Shown: positions 10,322 through 21,230, counted from the first letter of the stretch. The stretch: 64,000 bases of DNA from a virus (IMGVR_UViG_3300046491_000064:40060-104059), one strand, 5' to 3'. A program made the numbers and translations. The notes: generated by a model not told the origin, from the sequence alone.

Positions 10322-10924
10322 ATGAAAGAACATTGGATTGAAATTCAACCGGGTGGTTATCTGAAGAAGTATGGTAGCCACAAGTTTCTAGTATCAACAC
10401 CAGCTGAAGCAATTAAAGCGATGATGCTCCAGATTCCGGGATTCGAGAAGGCATTCAAAGCCTCTGAGAAGAAAGGGATTAAGTTTGCACTGGTCACTGA
10501 AAAGCGTGAGATTAAAGACCTTGATGAACTTCGAATGGGTGCATGTAAGACGCTGAAGATTATCCCTAAATACAAGGGTTCAAAGAACAGTGCGTTTGCT
10601 TACATTGCTGCTGCGATTATCATTATCGTATCTATTTACTACCCACCAGCTGCTGCTGCATTAGGTGTTACTGCCGGTGGTACTGCTGCCGCTGTAGGTA
10701 CATCGATTGCTATCTCTCTGGCTCTTGGTGGTATCACACAGTTGCTTACACCACAAGCTTCAGGATTGAGTTCAAGCACTGATGCAGATAACAAAGCATC
10801 TTATGCATTCGGTGGTCCAGTTAACACAACAGCACAAGGTCAACCAGTTCCGATCCTTTATGGAGAACGTGAGGTTGGGGGTGCAATCATTTCAGCGAGT
10901 ATTGTATCTGAAGATCAACAGTAA
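10322..10924 (+). CDS. tail assembly protein (lambda gpI-like)
   Basis: ATG 10322 with GGAG RBS (GTG at 10316 possible); hydrophobic Ala/Gly-rich centre; position. Confidence 0.5.
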   Translation: MKEHWIEIQPGGYLKKYGSHKFLVSTPAEAIKAMMLQIPGFEKAFKASEKKGIKFALVTEKREIKDLDELRMGACKTLKIIPKYKGSKNSAFAYIAAAIIIIVSIYYPPAAAALGVTAGGTAAAVGTSIAISLALGGITQLLTPQASGLSSSTDADNKASYAFGGPVNTTAQGQPVPILYGEREVGGAIISASIVSEDQQ

Positions 10925-10939
10925 TTAAAGGGGATTTAA

Positions 10940-13900
10940 ATGTTAGCATATCCAATCATTCAAGGTGCAAAAGGTGGTGAGGAAAAAGCTCATACACCTG
11001 TAGAAACACCTAACAACCTGCTCTCTGTTGCATATGCTAAAGTCCTTTTGGCAGTTGCTGAAGGTGAACTGGCAGGTACACCAACAGGACAAGATATCTT
11101 TCTAGATGGTACACCACTTCTTAATCCAGATGGTAGTTCAAACTTCGGTGGTGTAACATGGGAATGGCGTAGCGGTCGTTCTGATCAAGAGTATATCAAA
11201 GGCTTGCCAGAGGTATCAAACGAGTACAGTATTGGTCTTGAACTTCGTGACAACGCTCCTTGGGTTCGTCAGATCACCAAGACTGAGATTGATGCTGTTC
11301 GTATCACCTTTCAATGGCCTGCACTTCTGAGCCAACAAACGAATGGTGATACACTTGGTATCAGTATGCAATACGCTGTTGATGTTTCGACAGATGGTGG
11401 TGCTTTTACCCAATATCAATTATACACAATTGATGGTAAGACTAACACTGCCTATGAAAGAACACATCGTATTGATTTACCACCAGCTGAGAATAACTGG
11501 GTAATCAGAGCACGTCGAGTAACACCTGACAGTGAAGCTGGTACAGTTCAAGACACAATCAATATCAAGAGTTATGCTGAGGTTGTTGACGTTAAACAAC
11601 GTTATCCAAACACTGCTCTGTTGTATGTGACTTTTGACTCCCGCCTGTTCGGTAGTAACATTCCACGTATCTCGGTTAAGACCAAAGGCCGATTGGTTCG
11701 TGTACCAAACACTTATGACCCAGTAACCAGAGTCTACACAGGTATCTGGTCTGGTGAATTCAAATGGGCATACACTGATAACCCTGCTTGGGTATTCTAT
11801 GACATTATGACTCAGGACCGTTTCGGTCTTGGTAACAAAGTTACTCCTGAGATGGTTGATAAGTGGGCAATGTATGAAGTTGCTCAATACTGTGACGTGA
11901 TGGTTGACAACGGTGAAGGCAACGGAACCAAAGAACCACGTCATACCTGTAACATCTTTATCCAAGAAAGACGCGATGCTTGGACCGTACTTCGTGACAT
12001 GGCTTCCATCTTTAACGGGATGACTTATTGGAACGGTAATACCTTTGTTGCTATCGCAGATAAAGAAGAGGACATCTCGAATGCTCCGATCTTTTCCCGT
12101 TCGAACACTATCAATGGTAGCTTCGATTATCAAGCATCAGACGACAAGAGTATTTATACTTCTGCACTCGTTAGCTATGATGACCCTGAGAGTCACTACG
12201 GAACACAAGTTGAAGCAACATATGAGACAGAACAGATTCTACGTTGGGGTGGTGACCGTCAGGTTGAAATCTCTGCAATCGGATGTACGTCTCGTGGTGA
12301 AGCACAACGTAAAGGTAAGTACACACTCGTAACCAACATGTTTAACCGTCAGATCAGTTTCCAGACTGGTTTGCAAGGTATGAGTCCAGATGTACTGCCG
12401 GGTAAAGTCATTCAAGTTGCTGACCCATTGCTTGGTGGTAGAGCTTACACTGGTCGTATCAAGATTGCTACTGGCAACGTGATTACACTTGACCGTGAAG
12501 CATCTGGTAAACCGGGTGATCTTCTGTTCCTGACTAAGCCTGATGGTAAGACTGAAGCTCGTACAATCCAGTCTGTGACCAAGAACATCTTTACTGTTAC
12601 TCTGCCTTACTCTGTACAGATGGAACCTAACGCTGTCTTCTACGTTGAAGCTGCTGACCTCAAATCACAGCTGTATCGTGTTACAAAGATCACCAACCCA
12701 CAAGAAGGTATCTTTGAGATTGAGGGTGTAGAGTACAACGAAAGTAAATACGGAAACGTAGACAACGGTGCAAGACTTGAAACAAGACCGATCAGTGTTG
12801 TTCCTGCTGGTTTGCAAGCGGCTCCTGCTAACGTAGTTGTGTCTGGTCGTAACTATGTAGAACAAACGATGTCGATTAACGTAATGACCATCAATTGGGA
12901 TCAGACACCTAACGCATCTCTCTATGAAGTTCAATGGCGGGTAAACGAAGGTGACTGGGTAAACGCTGGCATCACTGGCGCTCCAATGATCGAAGTGAAA
13001 GGGATTTACACTGGTCGTTATGTTGCACGAGTAAGAGCGATCAACGCTGGTGGCATTAAGTCGGTATGGTCAGTCAGTGCTTCTACTGATCTTGTTGGTA
13101 AAGTGGGTCTTCCACCTGTTCTTGCAAGTTTGACAACTACTCCAATGCTGTTTGGTATTCGCCTTGATTGGGAATTCCCGGAAGGTGCTGAAGATACACT
13201 TCGTACTGAAATCATGTACAGCGAGACAACATTGTTTGCTGGTGCAATTAAGCTGGGTGACTTCTCGTATCCAACTGACTCACATGAAATGCATGGTTTG
13301 CTGGCAGGTAAGAACTTCTGGTTTTGGGGAAGACTTGTAGACAGAAGCGGTAACGTTGGTGAATGGAAACCATTGAGCACTGAAGTTGGTGTTATCGGTC
13401 AGTCAATGATCAATGACAATGGTGCGTACAATGACTACTTCGCAGGACTTATTAGTGACTCTGCTCTTGACAAAGACCTGTATGATCGTATAGAATTGAT
13501 CGATGGACCGGCGACACTTCCTAACTCTGTAAACGAACGTATTAAGACTGTAAACGACAGAGTTGATCAGACAAATGAAGACCTTGACAATGCTATTGCT
13601 GATCTTGAAGAGCAAATCTCCAAGGCAGTTGATGCACTTGTGTATGATCCTACAAAGACATACAAGAAAGGTGACATTGTTCGCTCAGGTCAAAACCTTT
13701 ATCAAGCACTCGTTTCTGTTCCAGTAAATACAACACCGCCTAATTCCATTTACTGGAAAGACATTGGTGACATTCTGGAAGATGCAAACGGACTGGCTGC
13801 ACAAGTTAATCTGAACACAACCAACATCACCATCCTTGACGGCAAAGTAACTGCTTCGGCAAGTACACTTGAGTCGATTCAATCGGCATGGCGAGATGAT

Positions 13901-15478
13901 GACGGTGACGGTTCTTTGATTGACGCATTGAACAGTTATGATAACCGTGCTCAGATCAGTGAGGAACGTCAAACACGGGCGTCTGAAAACGAAGCCTTTG
14001 CTCAACGTCTTGTTGTAATCAGTGCTCAGGTTGATGAGAACAAAGGTCAAATCTCTACACTTGAAACAACCGTGGCTACCAATGATACTGCTCAATCTCA
14101 AAGGGTTGACATCGTATCTGCTCGTGTTGTTACTGAAGCTGCTCGATTGGATGCTTCGATCAGTAGTGAACAGACAGCACGTACAACTGCCGACTCGGCA
14201 TTGGGTACTCGTGTTGATCAAGTTGCTGCAACAATCACAAGTGAAGGTAAACGCCTTGACGCTGCTGTACAGTCAGAACAGACTGCTCGTGTAAACGCTG
14301 ATGGTGCAATTGGTACTCGTATCGACACTGTATTGGCTACTCAAGACACTGAGAACAAACGTCTGGATGCTGCTGTTAAGACTGAGCAAACTGCTCGTAC
14401 TAACGGTGATACAGCATTGGGTACACGGATTGATACTGTTGGTGCCTCGGTAGTTACTCAGGGTAACCGTCTTGATGCTGCTGTTCTTAGTGAACAAACA
14501 GCTAGAGCGAACGCTGACTCTGCTATTGGTACAAGGATTGACCAAGTACAGGCTACAATGACCACTGCTGATAGTCAACTGGCTTCTGATATCAAGACTG
14601 AGCAAACTGCTCGTGTTGGTGCTGATGGTGCCTTGTCTTCGCGTATTGATTTGGTTGCTGCTTCTGTAACAACAGAGACAACAAACAGAACTGCTGCGAT
14701 TGCTTCTGAAGCTACTGCTCGTGCTAACGCTGACAGTGCTCAAGCAACAAGGATTGATCAAGTATCTGCTGCGATCACCAACGAAGAGACTGCACGTAAA
14801 GCTGCTGTTACCAGTGAGCAAACTGCACGAATCAACGCTGACGCTGCTCTGGCTAGTCGTATTGATACTGTTGAAGCTGGTGGTGTCGATCTTACACAGA
14901 TCAAAGCCTTGATTCAAGATGAGGCTACAGCGAGAACAACTGCTGACACTGCATTGGGTACTCGTATCACAACAGTACAGACAACAGCGGGTAACAACAC
15001 TGCTGCAATCCAAACCGTAAGCACTGCTCAGGCAACAACTGCCGGTAAGGTTAACACATCATGGACTGTTCGTATGGAAGCGAACACACAAGGTCAGTAT
15101 GTGGCGGCTGGTATTGCACTGGGTATCGGTAACGAAGGTGGTTTGCTGCAAAGTCAGTTCCTTGTTCGTGCAGATAGATTTGCAATCGTGAATGGTAGCA
15201 CAACAACTACCACTGCTCCATTTGTTGTACAGAATGGTCAGGTGTTCATGAACGAAGCTTTGATTTCGAAGGCGATGATTACTAACGGTATCATTGGTTC
15301 CACACTGTCATCATCCGCATACACGAACTGGGGTCCACCGATCATGGTTCAAGACTTTGCTAACGGGCAACTGGTTGCATACAGTGCTGATCGTGTGAAC
15401 ACTTACGTTGTCTTTAACAGATACGGTGTTCAGGTTGTAGTCGATGGTGTGCTTCGTGTACGTATGGGCACATGGTAA
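10940..15478 (+). CDS. central tail fibre / tip attachment protein (lambda gpJ-like)
   Basis: 1512 aa; N-terminus MLAYPIIQGAKGGEEKAHTP..LLSVAYA resembles gpJ N-terminus; fibronectin-like middle; repeat-rich C-terminal part. Confidence 0.85.
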   Translation: MLAYPIIQGAKGGEEKAHTPVETPNNLLSVAYAKVLLAVAEGELAGTPTGQDIFLDGTPLLNPDGSSNFGGVTWEWRSGRSDQEYIKGLPEVSNEYSIGLELRDNAPWVRQITKTEIDAVRITFQWPALLSQQTNGDTLGISMQYAVDVSTDGGAFTQYQLYTIDGKTNTAYERTHRIDLPPAENNWVIRARRVTPDSEAGTVQDTINIKSYAEVVDVKQRYPNTALLYVTFDSRLFGSNIPRISVKTKGRLVRVPNTYDPVTRVYTGIWSGEFKWAYTDNPAWVFYDIMTQDRFGLGNKVTPEMVDKWAMYEVAQYCDVMVDNGEGNGTKEPRHTCNIFIQERRDAWTVLRDMASIFNGMTYWNGNTFVAIADKEEDISNAPIFSRSNTINGSFDYQASDDKSIYTSALVSYDDPESHYGTQVEATYETEQILRWGGDRQVEISAIGCTSRGEAQRKGKYTLVTNMFNRQISFQTGLQGMSPDVLPGKVIQVADPLLGGRAYTGRIKIATGNVITLDREASGKPGDLLFLTKPDGKTEARTIQSVTKNIFTVTLPYSVQMEPNAVFYVEAADLKSQLYRVTKITNPQEGIFEIEGVEYNESKYGNVDNGARLETRPISVVPAGLQAAPANVVVSGRNYVEQTMSINVMTINWDQTPNASLYEVQWRVNEGDWVNAGITGAPMIEVKGIYTGRYVARVRAINAGGIKSVWSVSASTDLVGKVGLPPVLASLTTTPMLFGIRLDWEFPEGAEDTLRTEIMYSETTLFAGAIKLGDFSYPTDSHEMHGLLAGKNFWFWGRLVDRSGNVGEWKPLSTEVGVIGQSMINDNGAYNDYFAGLISDSALDKDLYDRIELIDGPATLPNSVNERIKTVNDRVDQTNEDLDNAIADLEEQISKAVDALVYDPTKTYKKGDIVRSGQNLYQALVSVPVNTTPPNSIYWKDIGDILEDANGLAAQVNLNTTNITILDGKVTASASTLESIQSAWRDDDGDGSLIDALNSYDNRAQISEERQTRASENEAFAQRLVVISAQVDENKGQISTLETTVATNDTAQSQRVDIVSARVVTEAARLDASISSEQTARTTADSALGTRVDQVAATITSEGKRLDAAVQSEQTARVNADGAIGTRIDTVLATQDTENKRLDAAVKTEQTARTNGDTALGTRIDTVGASVVTQGNRLDAAVLSEQTARANADSAIGTRIDQVQATMTTADSQLASDIKTEQTARVGADGALSSRIDLVAASVTTETTNRTAAIASEATARANADSAQATRIDQVSAAITNEETARKAAVTSEQTARINADAALASRIDTVEAGGVDLTQIKALIQDEATARTTADTALGTRITTVQTTAGNNTAAIQTVSTAQATTAGKVNTSWTVRMEANTQGQYVAAGIALGIGNEGGLLQSQFLVRADRFAIVNGSTTTTTAPFVVQNGQVFMNEALISKAMITNGIIGSTLSSSAYTNWGPPIMVQDFANGQLVAYSADRVNTYVVFNRYGVQVVVDGVLRVRMGTW
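14130..14890 (+). repeat. about 7 tandem 99-bp (33-aa) coding repeats inside J-like gene
   Basis: recurring RLDAAV.SEQTAR.NAD.A.GTRID.V peptide unit. Confidence 0.7.
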
Positions 15479-15487
15479 CAAACAATA

Positions 15488-15510
15488 GGGTCTTCGGACC
15501 CTTTTATTTT
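15488..15510 (+). terminator. rho-independent terminator after J-like gene
   Basis: gggtc ttcg gaccc then ttttatttt. Confidence 0.6.
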
Positions 15511-15524
15511 AGTTAGGAGAAGAT

Positions 15525-15830
15525 ATGGCTTTTGGTATGCAGGTATTCGGTGCAGGTGGTAACCTTGTAATGGATATCACTGACAGACTTCCTCGAATTG
15601 TTGGAAGAGGAAACACAGGGGTGCAAAACGGATCAGTTGACATTGCTAATGCTCTTCCGGGTATTGGTGGTATGTTACCTTGGGTATTCGCTCTTGACCC
15701 GTCTCCCAATTTCTTGGCTACTATTCGTAGACCTTATTTCAACGTAAACGGCACTGTTATTTCATGGTCTTTTGATGACAATGGACCACCACAGTATATG
15801 GCCGTTGATTTCTTATATGGGATTTATTAA
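15525..15830 (+). CDS. tail-associated hypothetical protein
   Basis: 101 aa, AGGAG RBS; N-terminus MAFGMQVF paralogous to next gene. Confidence 0.4.
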   Translation: MAFGMQVFGAGGNLVMDITDRLPRIVGRGNTGVQNGSVDIANALPGIGGMLPWVFALDPSPNFLATIRRPYFNVNGTVISWSFDDNGPPQYMAVDFLYGIY

Positions 15831-15832
15831 AA

Positions 15833-16510
15833 ATGGCAGCTGGACTTCAAGTATTCAATGATAGCAATATCATTCAGATTGATTCAACATATCAGAACTA
15901 CAGAGTTTACAGTTCTGGAACAGCAACTACAACATCTTTACATCCGAGTTTCGGTGGTGAAGGTTGGTATGGTATGGATTTCACAGCAAATAGACCTAAC
16001 AGCATGTTGGCAGTAAGGTCGGGAGTTGAATTCATCAGCTTAGCTGGAAGAGATGGTAATGGTAACATCGTTCATACACTGCTGACAAAAGGATCAGCAT
16101 CATTTGAATACTGGTTGTTTGATGATGGCGAACCCGGAAATCCCGGATATGGCTTTGAAGTATTCAACGAACAAGGACGAAAAGTATTTTCAGCTGCTGA
16201 ACGCTACTTGAAAGTTTTGAATTTCACTAGCGCACCAATGACACTTAACCAAGCAGCACAGTCAGTAAACACACCGGGATATACTCCAGCGGTGATTCAC
16301 TGTAGCTATTCGGCATTCTTCTATTCAACCGCGATTGTTTTCCCCGGTCAACCACCACAATACGGTTCATCCATATCTGCTGCTGCCGTTAACACAAGAG
16401 GTGGTGGAATGGATTGGAGACCAAGGGTTATTCAGTCGGCAGCAATTCCAAGAGGCGTAACTACTGATCTTAGATTTTGCTTCATGGTAATTGATGTAAA
16501 CAATATATAA
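15833..16510 (+). CDS. tail-associated hypothetical protein (N-terminal paralog of 15525 gene)
   Basis: 225 aa; starts MAAGLQVFND. Confidence 0.4.
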   Translation: MAAGLQVFNDSNIIQIDSTYQNYRVYSSGTATTTSLHPSFGGEGWYGMDFTANRPNSMLAVRSGVEFISLAGRDGNGNIVHTLLTKGSASFEYWLFDDGEPGNPGYGFEVFNEQGRKVFSAAERYLKVLNFTSAPMTLNQAAQSVNTPGYTPAVIHCSYSAFFYSTAIVFPGQPPQYGSSISAAAVNTRGGGMDWRPRVIQSAAIPRGVTTDLRFCFMVIDVNNI

Positions 16511-16524
16511 TTAAGGAGTAAATC

Positions 16525-19500
16525 ATGGCATGGTATAAAGTTGGTGCGGTAAGCATCGTAAACGGTCAAACGTCCGTTACTGGTATTGGAACCAGATTCG
16601 CATCAAACGCTCGTGTTGGTGATGCATTTCGTGGTCCAGATGGTGAATGGTATGAAGTATTAAACATTGCTAGTGAAACCACATTGGGTATTTTCCCTGC
16701 CTATGCGGGTCCAACTGTCACTAACAATCTGAATTACACAATTGCTCCAATGCAAGGGTACGTAAAAGACTCTGCTGACAAACTTCGTCAAGTTGTACAA
16801 GGTCTTCAAGATATTTCTGAGGACGTTGGTCAAGCTCAAGCTGCCGCTGATGCAGCTAAGGTATCCGAGACCAATGCTGCTTCTGCTGCTGTGAGTGCAA
16901 ACGATTCTAAGATTGCTGCTGGTACTTCTGAAACAAATGCAAAGACCAGTGAAACAAACGCTGCTGCATCTAACACCTCTGCTAACGCAAGCAAGATTGC
17001 TGCCGCTGCATCTCAGGTAGCTGCCAAAGCCTCTGAGACAGCCGCTAAGACGTCTGAGACTAACTCTGGTACATCGGCAACCACAGCGACTACAAAGGCC
17101 GCTGAAGCGAACACAAGCGCTGTAAACGCCAAGACTAGCGAGACCAACAGCAAGACTTCGGAAACCAACTCGAAAACGAGTGAAACGAATGCTAACGCTA
17201 GTAAGGTTGCAGCTGCTGCTTCCCAAACCGCTGCAAAGACCAGTGAGACCAACGCGGGAACATCTGCTACAGGTGCTGCATCTTCTGCCTCTGCTGCTCA
17301 GACAGCACGTACACAGGCTGGTACATCGGCTACTAACGCTGCTGCTTCTGAACTGTTGGCTAGTCAGTGGGCTAGTAACCCGGTTGACACCATCGTTGCG
17401 AGTGGTAAGTATTCTGCACTGCATTGGGCACAGAAAGCAAAAGATTCTGCTGACAGTGTTACCGCTGTAACTGGTCCTCGACTTACCTCGATTGCTCAGG
17501 CTGTATTGGCTGTAAACGATTTGCTGATTGCTGATAGTGCTACAACCATGAAATCTCTTTCGACTGGTACTGTAGGTCGTTCGCTGATTGGTGCTGAGAC
17601 TCAGGCTATTGCTCGTGGATTCCTTGGTGTTGGTACGGCTGCTACTGCTGACTTGACAACCACATTGACTGATACTACGGCTAACCGTGTATTGCGTGTT
17701 GGTAACTTTGGTCTTGGTAACATTGCAATTGCACCAACGTTGACAAACATTAACGATACAACCTTGGCTACTGGTTTCTACCGAATCTCCAACTACACAC
17801 CAACCACGGATTTGCCAGCTAACTCTGGTGCATATGGTGTAGTTCGCATTGAGCGTTACAGTGAAGGTTACTACAAACAATGGTACAGCACTAATGCTAA
17901 CAGTGGAACAAACGTTGGTGATGAATGGTATCGTTCGTACCGTGCTGACACTGCTGTTTTCACTCCTTGGAAAAAGACAGCAACCGGTGATGAGATTACT
18001 GCTGCACTTACTGCTGTTGGTTTGGGTGTAATCGTTGTACCTCAAGTAACAGCTGCTGACAGTGTAACTCTTTCGGGTGAATACTACGTACTAAATACTG
18101 CAACGGGAATCCCTATTGCTGCTAGCGGTGTGTTGAAACATCAATCATGGGGTAACAGTAGTGCTGCACGACAAGTTTACTCTAGCCTGTCGGCTCCAGT
18201 TAGAAAGTTCACACGAACTAAATCTAGTGGTGTATGGCTTGCTTGGGTTGAAGATTGGAACAGTTCGAACTTGGTTTTGACTACAACTCAAACTGACTCA
18301 ACAGCTGGTCGTATCTTGAAAGTTGGTGACTGGGGTCTTGGTGCCTTGATTGCTCCGAACGCTCCAGACGCTAACACCATTACTCAGAGCGGTTTCTATG
18401 GTGTGAATGGTGGTATCGGCGCTCCTGCCAACTACCCAATTGCGGGTGCTGTTAACGGTATGCTGACGCACAACTCGTGGAACGGTTCAGGTGGTGCTGG
18501 TCAAACTTACATGACTACATCAAATGGTAATGGTAGACTTTTCTGGCGTTCACAAACAAGCGGTGCGTGGAACGGATGGAACGAAGTACCAAGTCTTTCG
18601 TATGTTGATGGTCGATTCACTGCTGCTGGTTTCACAGGAACAACACAACTTGTTGACATTGCGGATGGTGATAGTTTTGATCTTCCAAACGGTCTGTATG
18701 CTGTAGGTCCGGGTTCTACCGGTGCAAAACCATCAGGTCAGACTCGTGGTATTATCTTTGTTACAGCCAGAGAGTGGACTTCAGGACGAATGGCTCAAAC
18801 ATGGTACTCGACTGAATCCACAGGTACATCTAGTTCGTGGAAACGTGTTAACGTTGGTAGATCATGGAGTGCTTGGGTTAAAGATGCAACACAAATCGAT
18901 ATTGATTTGAAAGCTAACGCAGCAAGTCCGCAACTTACAGGTACTGCCCGAATCTTTGGTGATAACGTACTCAGATTCGTAAACACAACGTCAACGAACG
19001 GTGTTATCCATAGGGTTGATGGTACTTCGTATTATATTTTGCTCACAGATACAGGTTCTCCAGAAGGTAGCTTCAACAGCTTGAGACCTTTTTCGATTAA
19101 CTTTGCAACAGGACTTGTAACTGCGAACCTTATCAACACAACAACACCAGCTGTTGGTGACAACACTCTGCGAGCACCAAACACAACATGGACGAACACA
19201 GCAATTAACAATGCTAAGCGATACATGGCTGGTAACGTTGTTGGTATTAGTGCAACACCTTACGTAATGACTGGCGTTCAAACTGGATACTCGTTCAACT
19301 GTACTTTGGCAAACGCAGTGATCACACTCCCACCTACTGCTGATGCTGGTATTGGTGGTACTGTTCTTATCCGAAACGTGAGTTCAGGAAACGTCACAGT
19401 AAACACACCGGGTGGTAGCATCTTTGAACAAGCTTCTACTGTTGCAAGTATCACACTGGCTGCGAACGAGTGGGTTGAGATTCAGGTTTCGACAACAAAC

Positions 19501-19986
19501 TACTTCGTAAACAGTCGAGGAATGCTGAGAGCGATCCCTACAATCCTTGCTGATTATGCTCCGAAGGTTGCTCCTGTAATCACTGGCGGTATGACTATTG
19601 CTGGTACAGTTGGTCTTACTGGTTTGCTTAACATGTCTGGTCAGATTCGTTCTCAGACATACTTTGATCCAATCATTGTAGCGAACGCCACTGGTGCTTA
19701 TGCAATGAACCTGACAAACGCCTCGACGTTTGAATTGACTCTGACAGGTAACACAACTCTGTCGTTTACTGGTATCCCAACGATTCCAGCGAACACATTG
19801 ATGACTGTTATGGTTACGATCAAGCAAGGTACTACCGCTTACACATTGACTCTACCGGGTAGCACAACACCTATCACTGTTGGTGGTGCAGCTATTTCAA
19901 CTCCTGCTGCGAGTAAACAACAGGATTATATCTTCACGACTAAGAACGGAACTGCTTGGGAAGTTCGTGCAGGAGCAAATACATGA
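16525..19986 (+). CDS. side tail fibre (lambda Stf-like N-terminal repeats)
   Basis: 1153 aa; AKTSETNA/ASKIAAAAS Ala-Ser-Thr repeats as in lambda Stf; AAGGAG RBS. Confidence 0.8.
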   Translation: MAWYKVGAVSIVNGQTSVTGIGTRFASNARVGDAFRGPDGEWYEVLNIASETTLGIFPAYAGPTVTNNLNYTIAPMQGYVKDSADKLRQVVQGLQDISEDVGQAQAAADAAKVSETNAASAAVSANDSKIAAGTSETNAKTSETNAAASNTSANASKIAAAASQVAAKASETAAKTSETNSGTSATTATTKAAEANTSAVNAKTSETNSKTSETNSKTSETNANASKVAAAASQTAAKTSETNAGTSATGAASSASAAQTARTQAGTSATNAAASELLASQWASNPVDTIVASGKYSALHWAQKAKDSADSVTAVTGPRLTSIAQAVLAVNDLLIADSATTMKSLSTGTVGRSLIGAETQAIARGFLGVGTAATADLTTTLTDTTANRVLRVGNFGLGNIAIAPTLTNINDTTLATGFYRISNYTPTTDLPANSGAYGVVRIERYSEGYYKQWYSTNANSGTNVGDEWYRSYRADTAVFTPWKKTATGDEITAALTAVGLGVIVVPQVTAADSVTLSGEYYVLNTATGIPIAASGVLKHQSWGNSSAARQVYSSLSAPVRKFTRTKSSGVWLAWVEDWNSSNLVLTTTQTDSTAGRILKVGDWGLGALIAPNAPDANTITQSGFYGVNGGIGAPANYPIAGAVNGMLTHNSWNGSGGAGQTYMTTSNGNGRLFWRSQTSGAWNGWNEVPSLSYVDGRFTAAGFTGTTQLVDIADGDSFDLPNGLYAVGPGSTGAKPSGQTRGIIFVTAREWTSGRMAQTWYSTESTGTSSSWKRVNVGRSWSAWVKDATQIDIDLKANAASPQLTGTARIFGDNVLRFVNTTSTNGVIHRVDGTSYYILLTDTGSPEGSFNSLRPFSINFATGLVTANLINTTTPAVGDNTLRAPNTTWTNTAINNAKRYMAGNVVGISATPYVMTGVQTGYSFNCTLANAVITLPPTADAGIGGTVLIRNVSSGNVTVNTPGGSIFEQASTVASITLAANEWVEIQVSTTNYFVNSRGMLRAIPTILADYAPKVAPVITGGMTIAGTVGLTGLLNMSGQIRSQTYFDPIIVANATGAYAMNLTNASTFELTLTGNTTLSFTGIPTIPANTLMTVMVTIKQGTTAYTLTLPGSTTPITVGGAAISTPAASKQQDYIFTTKNGTAWEVRAGANT
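16850..17300 (+). repeat. low-complexity Ala/Ser/Thr-rich SETNA repeats in fibre gene
   Basis: repeated SETNAxxSAxNASK(I/V)AAAASQ units; this creates the long stop-free antisense frame. Confidence 0.6.
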
Positions 19987-20621
19987 GTAACTTTGGAAAA
20001 AGAATGAGAAGTTCAGGCGGTCTTTATGTACCAACCACTGTAGGCGAAGCCTATGGTGGTGGCTTTTATGTAGGACGACTTAGTGTGACAGAAGGCAAGT
20101 ATGCACTAATTGTAGCTCCAAAGGCAACTGGTGAGACTAGCGCTTTACGATATGCAACAACTGCTGCAAACCAAACAGGTACTACAAGTCGCTGGAATGG
20201 TCTTGCTAACAGACAAGAGGTTGTAAGCACTATTAACAACTACCCTGCTCAATTGTTTTGTTATAACCTGAGAATAGGTGGGTTTGATGACTGGCACTTA
20301 CCCGCACAGGATGAAATGGAACTTCTGTATCGATACTTGAAACCATCAACAGGTAACAACGGAACGAGTTGGGGTGCAAACCCAAGTGTTGATCCTGTAA
20401 CTGGTAACTATACAGCTTCTGATCCTCAACAAACAACAGCTACCAACTTCAGAACAGGTGCTGCTGAACCGTTTGAGATTTCCGCCTATTACCTAGCATC
20501 TGCCGCTGGTCCATCGGGTGGCAGTATTGGGGTAACAACCTTTGTAAACGGGTCAATCGGTGCGAGCGGATCAAACACAACAGACCGACTTACACGAGCC
20601 GTTAGATTGGTTAAAATATAA
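19983..20621 (+). CDS. tail fibre-associated protein with DUF1566-like motif
   Basis: ATGA overlap with fibre stop, AGGAG RBS; GGFDDWHLP..ELLY motif typical of DUF1566. Confidence 0.4.
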   Translation: MSNFGKRMRSSGGLYVPTTVGEAYGGGFYVGRLSVTEGKYALIVAPKATGETSALRYATTAANQTGTTSRWNGLANRQEVVSTINNYPAQLFCYNLRIGGFDDWHLPAQDEMELLYRYLKPSTGNNGTSWGANPSVDPVTGNYTASDPQQTTATNFRTGAAEPFEISAYYLASAAGPSGGSIGVTTFVNGSIGASGSNTTDRLTRAVRLVKI

Positions 20622-20630
20622 GGAGCTTTC

Positions 20631-21230
20631 ATGTATATTAATATCAAAACAAAGGAAATCATCAGTAGGCAAGAACTTGAGGATCGTCACCGTGATCCTT
20701 ATGTTACCTTCCCTGAAGATGCTGTTGATGCTGTATTGCTTGAATTTGGCTATGCCAATGTCAACTATAAGCCGATGCCTGTAGTTAACTCTGGACAGAT
20801 TGTAACGCAAGGAAGTGTAGAGCAAACCTTTGATGGTTATTTCTACACATGGGTTGTGACGGACAGGGTTATTGCAAAGGAAGAGGTTGACGCTGAACGT
20901 GATCGTCGTGTGGACGCAGGTGTTACCTACAATGGTCATCTGTTCCAGAGTCGTCAGGGTGACCGTGAGAACATCACAGGGGCGTCACAGCTGGCAATGA
21001 TGGCGATTATGAACGGTGCTGTCAAGGGTGATTATCGTTGGGCTAATGCTGATCGGGATTTTGCTTGGATCACTGATGACAACGAGATTGTAAACCTTGA
21101 CGCTTTCGAGGTCTTTGAGTTAGGTCGTGCAGCTGCTACCAGTAAGCAGACGATGATCTTTGCTGCCAGAGTGCTCAAGGACATGGAAGTTATCCCCACA
21201 GACTTCACGGAGGATAAATGGTGGGTATGA
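20631..21230 (+). CDS. hypothetical protein (possible tail fibre assembly/chaperone)
   Basis: 199 aa, AAGGAG RBS, position after fibre genes. Confidence 0.35.
   Translation: MYINIKTKEIISRQELEDRHRDPYVTFPEDAVDAVLLEFGYANVNYKPMPVVNSGQIVTQGSVEQTFDGYFYTWVVTDRVIAKEEVDAERDRRVDAGVTYNGHLFQSRQGDRENITGASQLAMMAIMNGAVKGDYRWANADRDFAWITDDNEIVNLDAFEVFELGRAAATSKQTMIFAARVLKDMEVIPTDFTEDKWWV

Noticed and set aside
14273-15013. 246-aa minus-strand ORF inside the J-like gene repeat region
   Set aside because: Same repeat-driven antisense artefact. No start context.
16660-18045. 461-aa minus-strand ORF inside the side tail fibre gene
   Set aside because: Artefact of the Ala/Ser/Thr-rich repeat region (GC[N] codons give a stop-free antisense frame). 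The Cys/Ser/Arg-rich translation is implausible.
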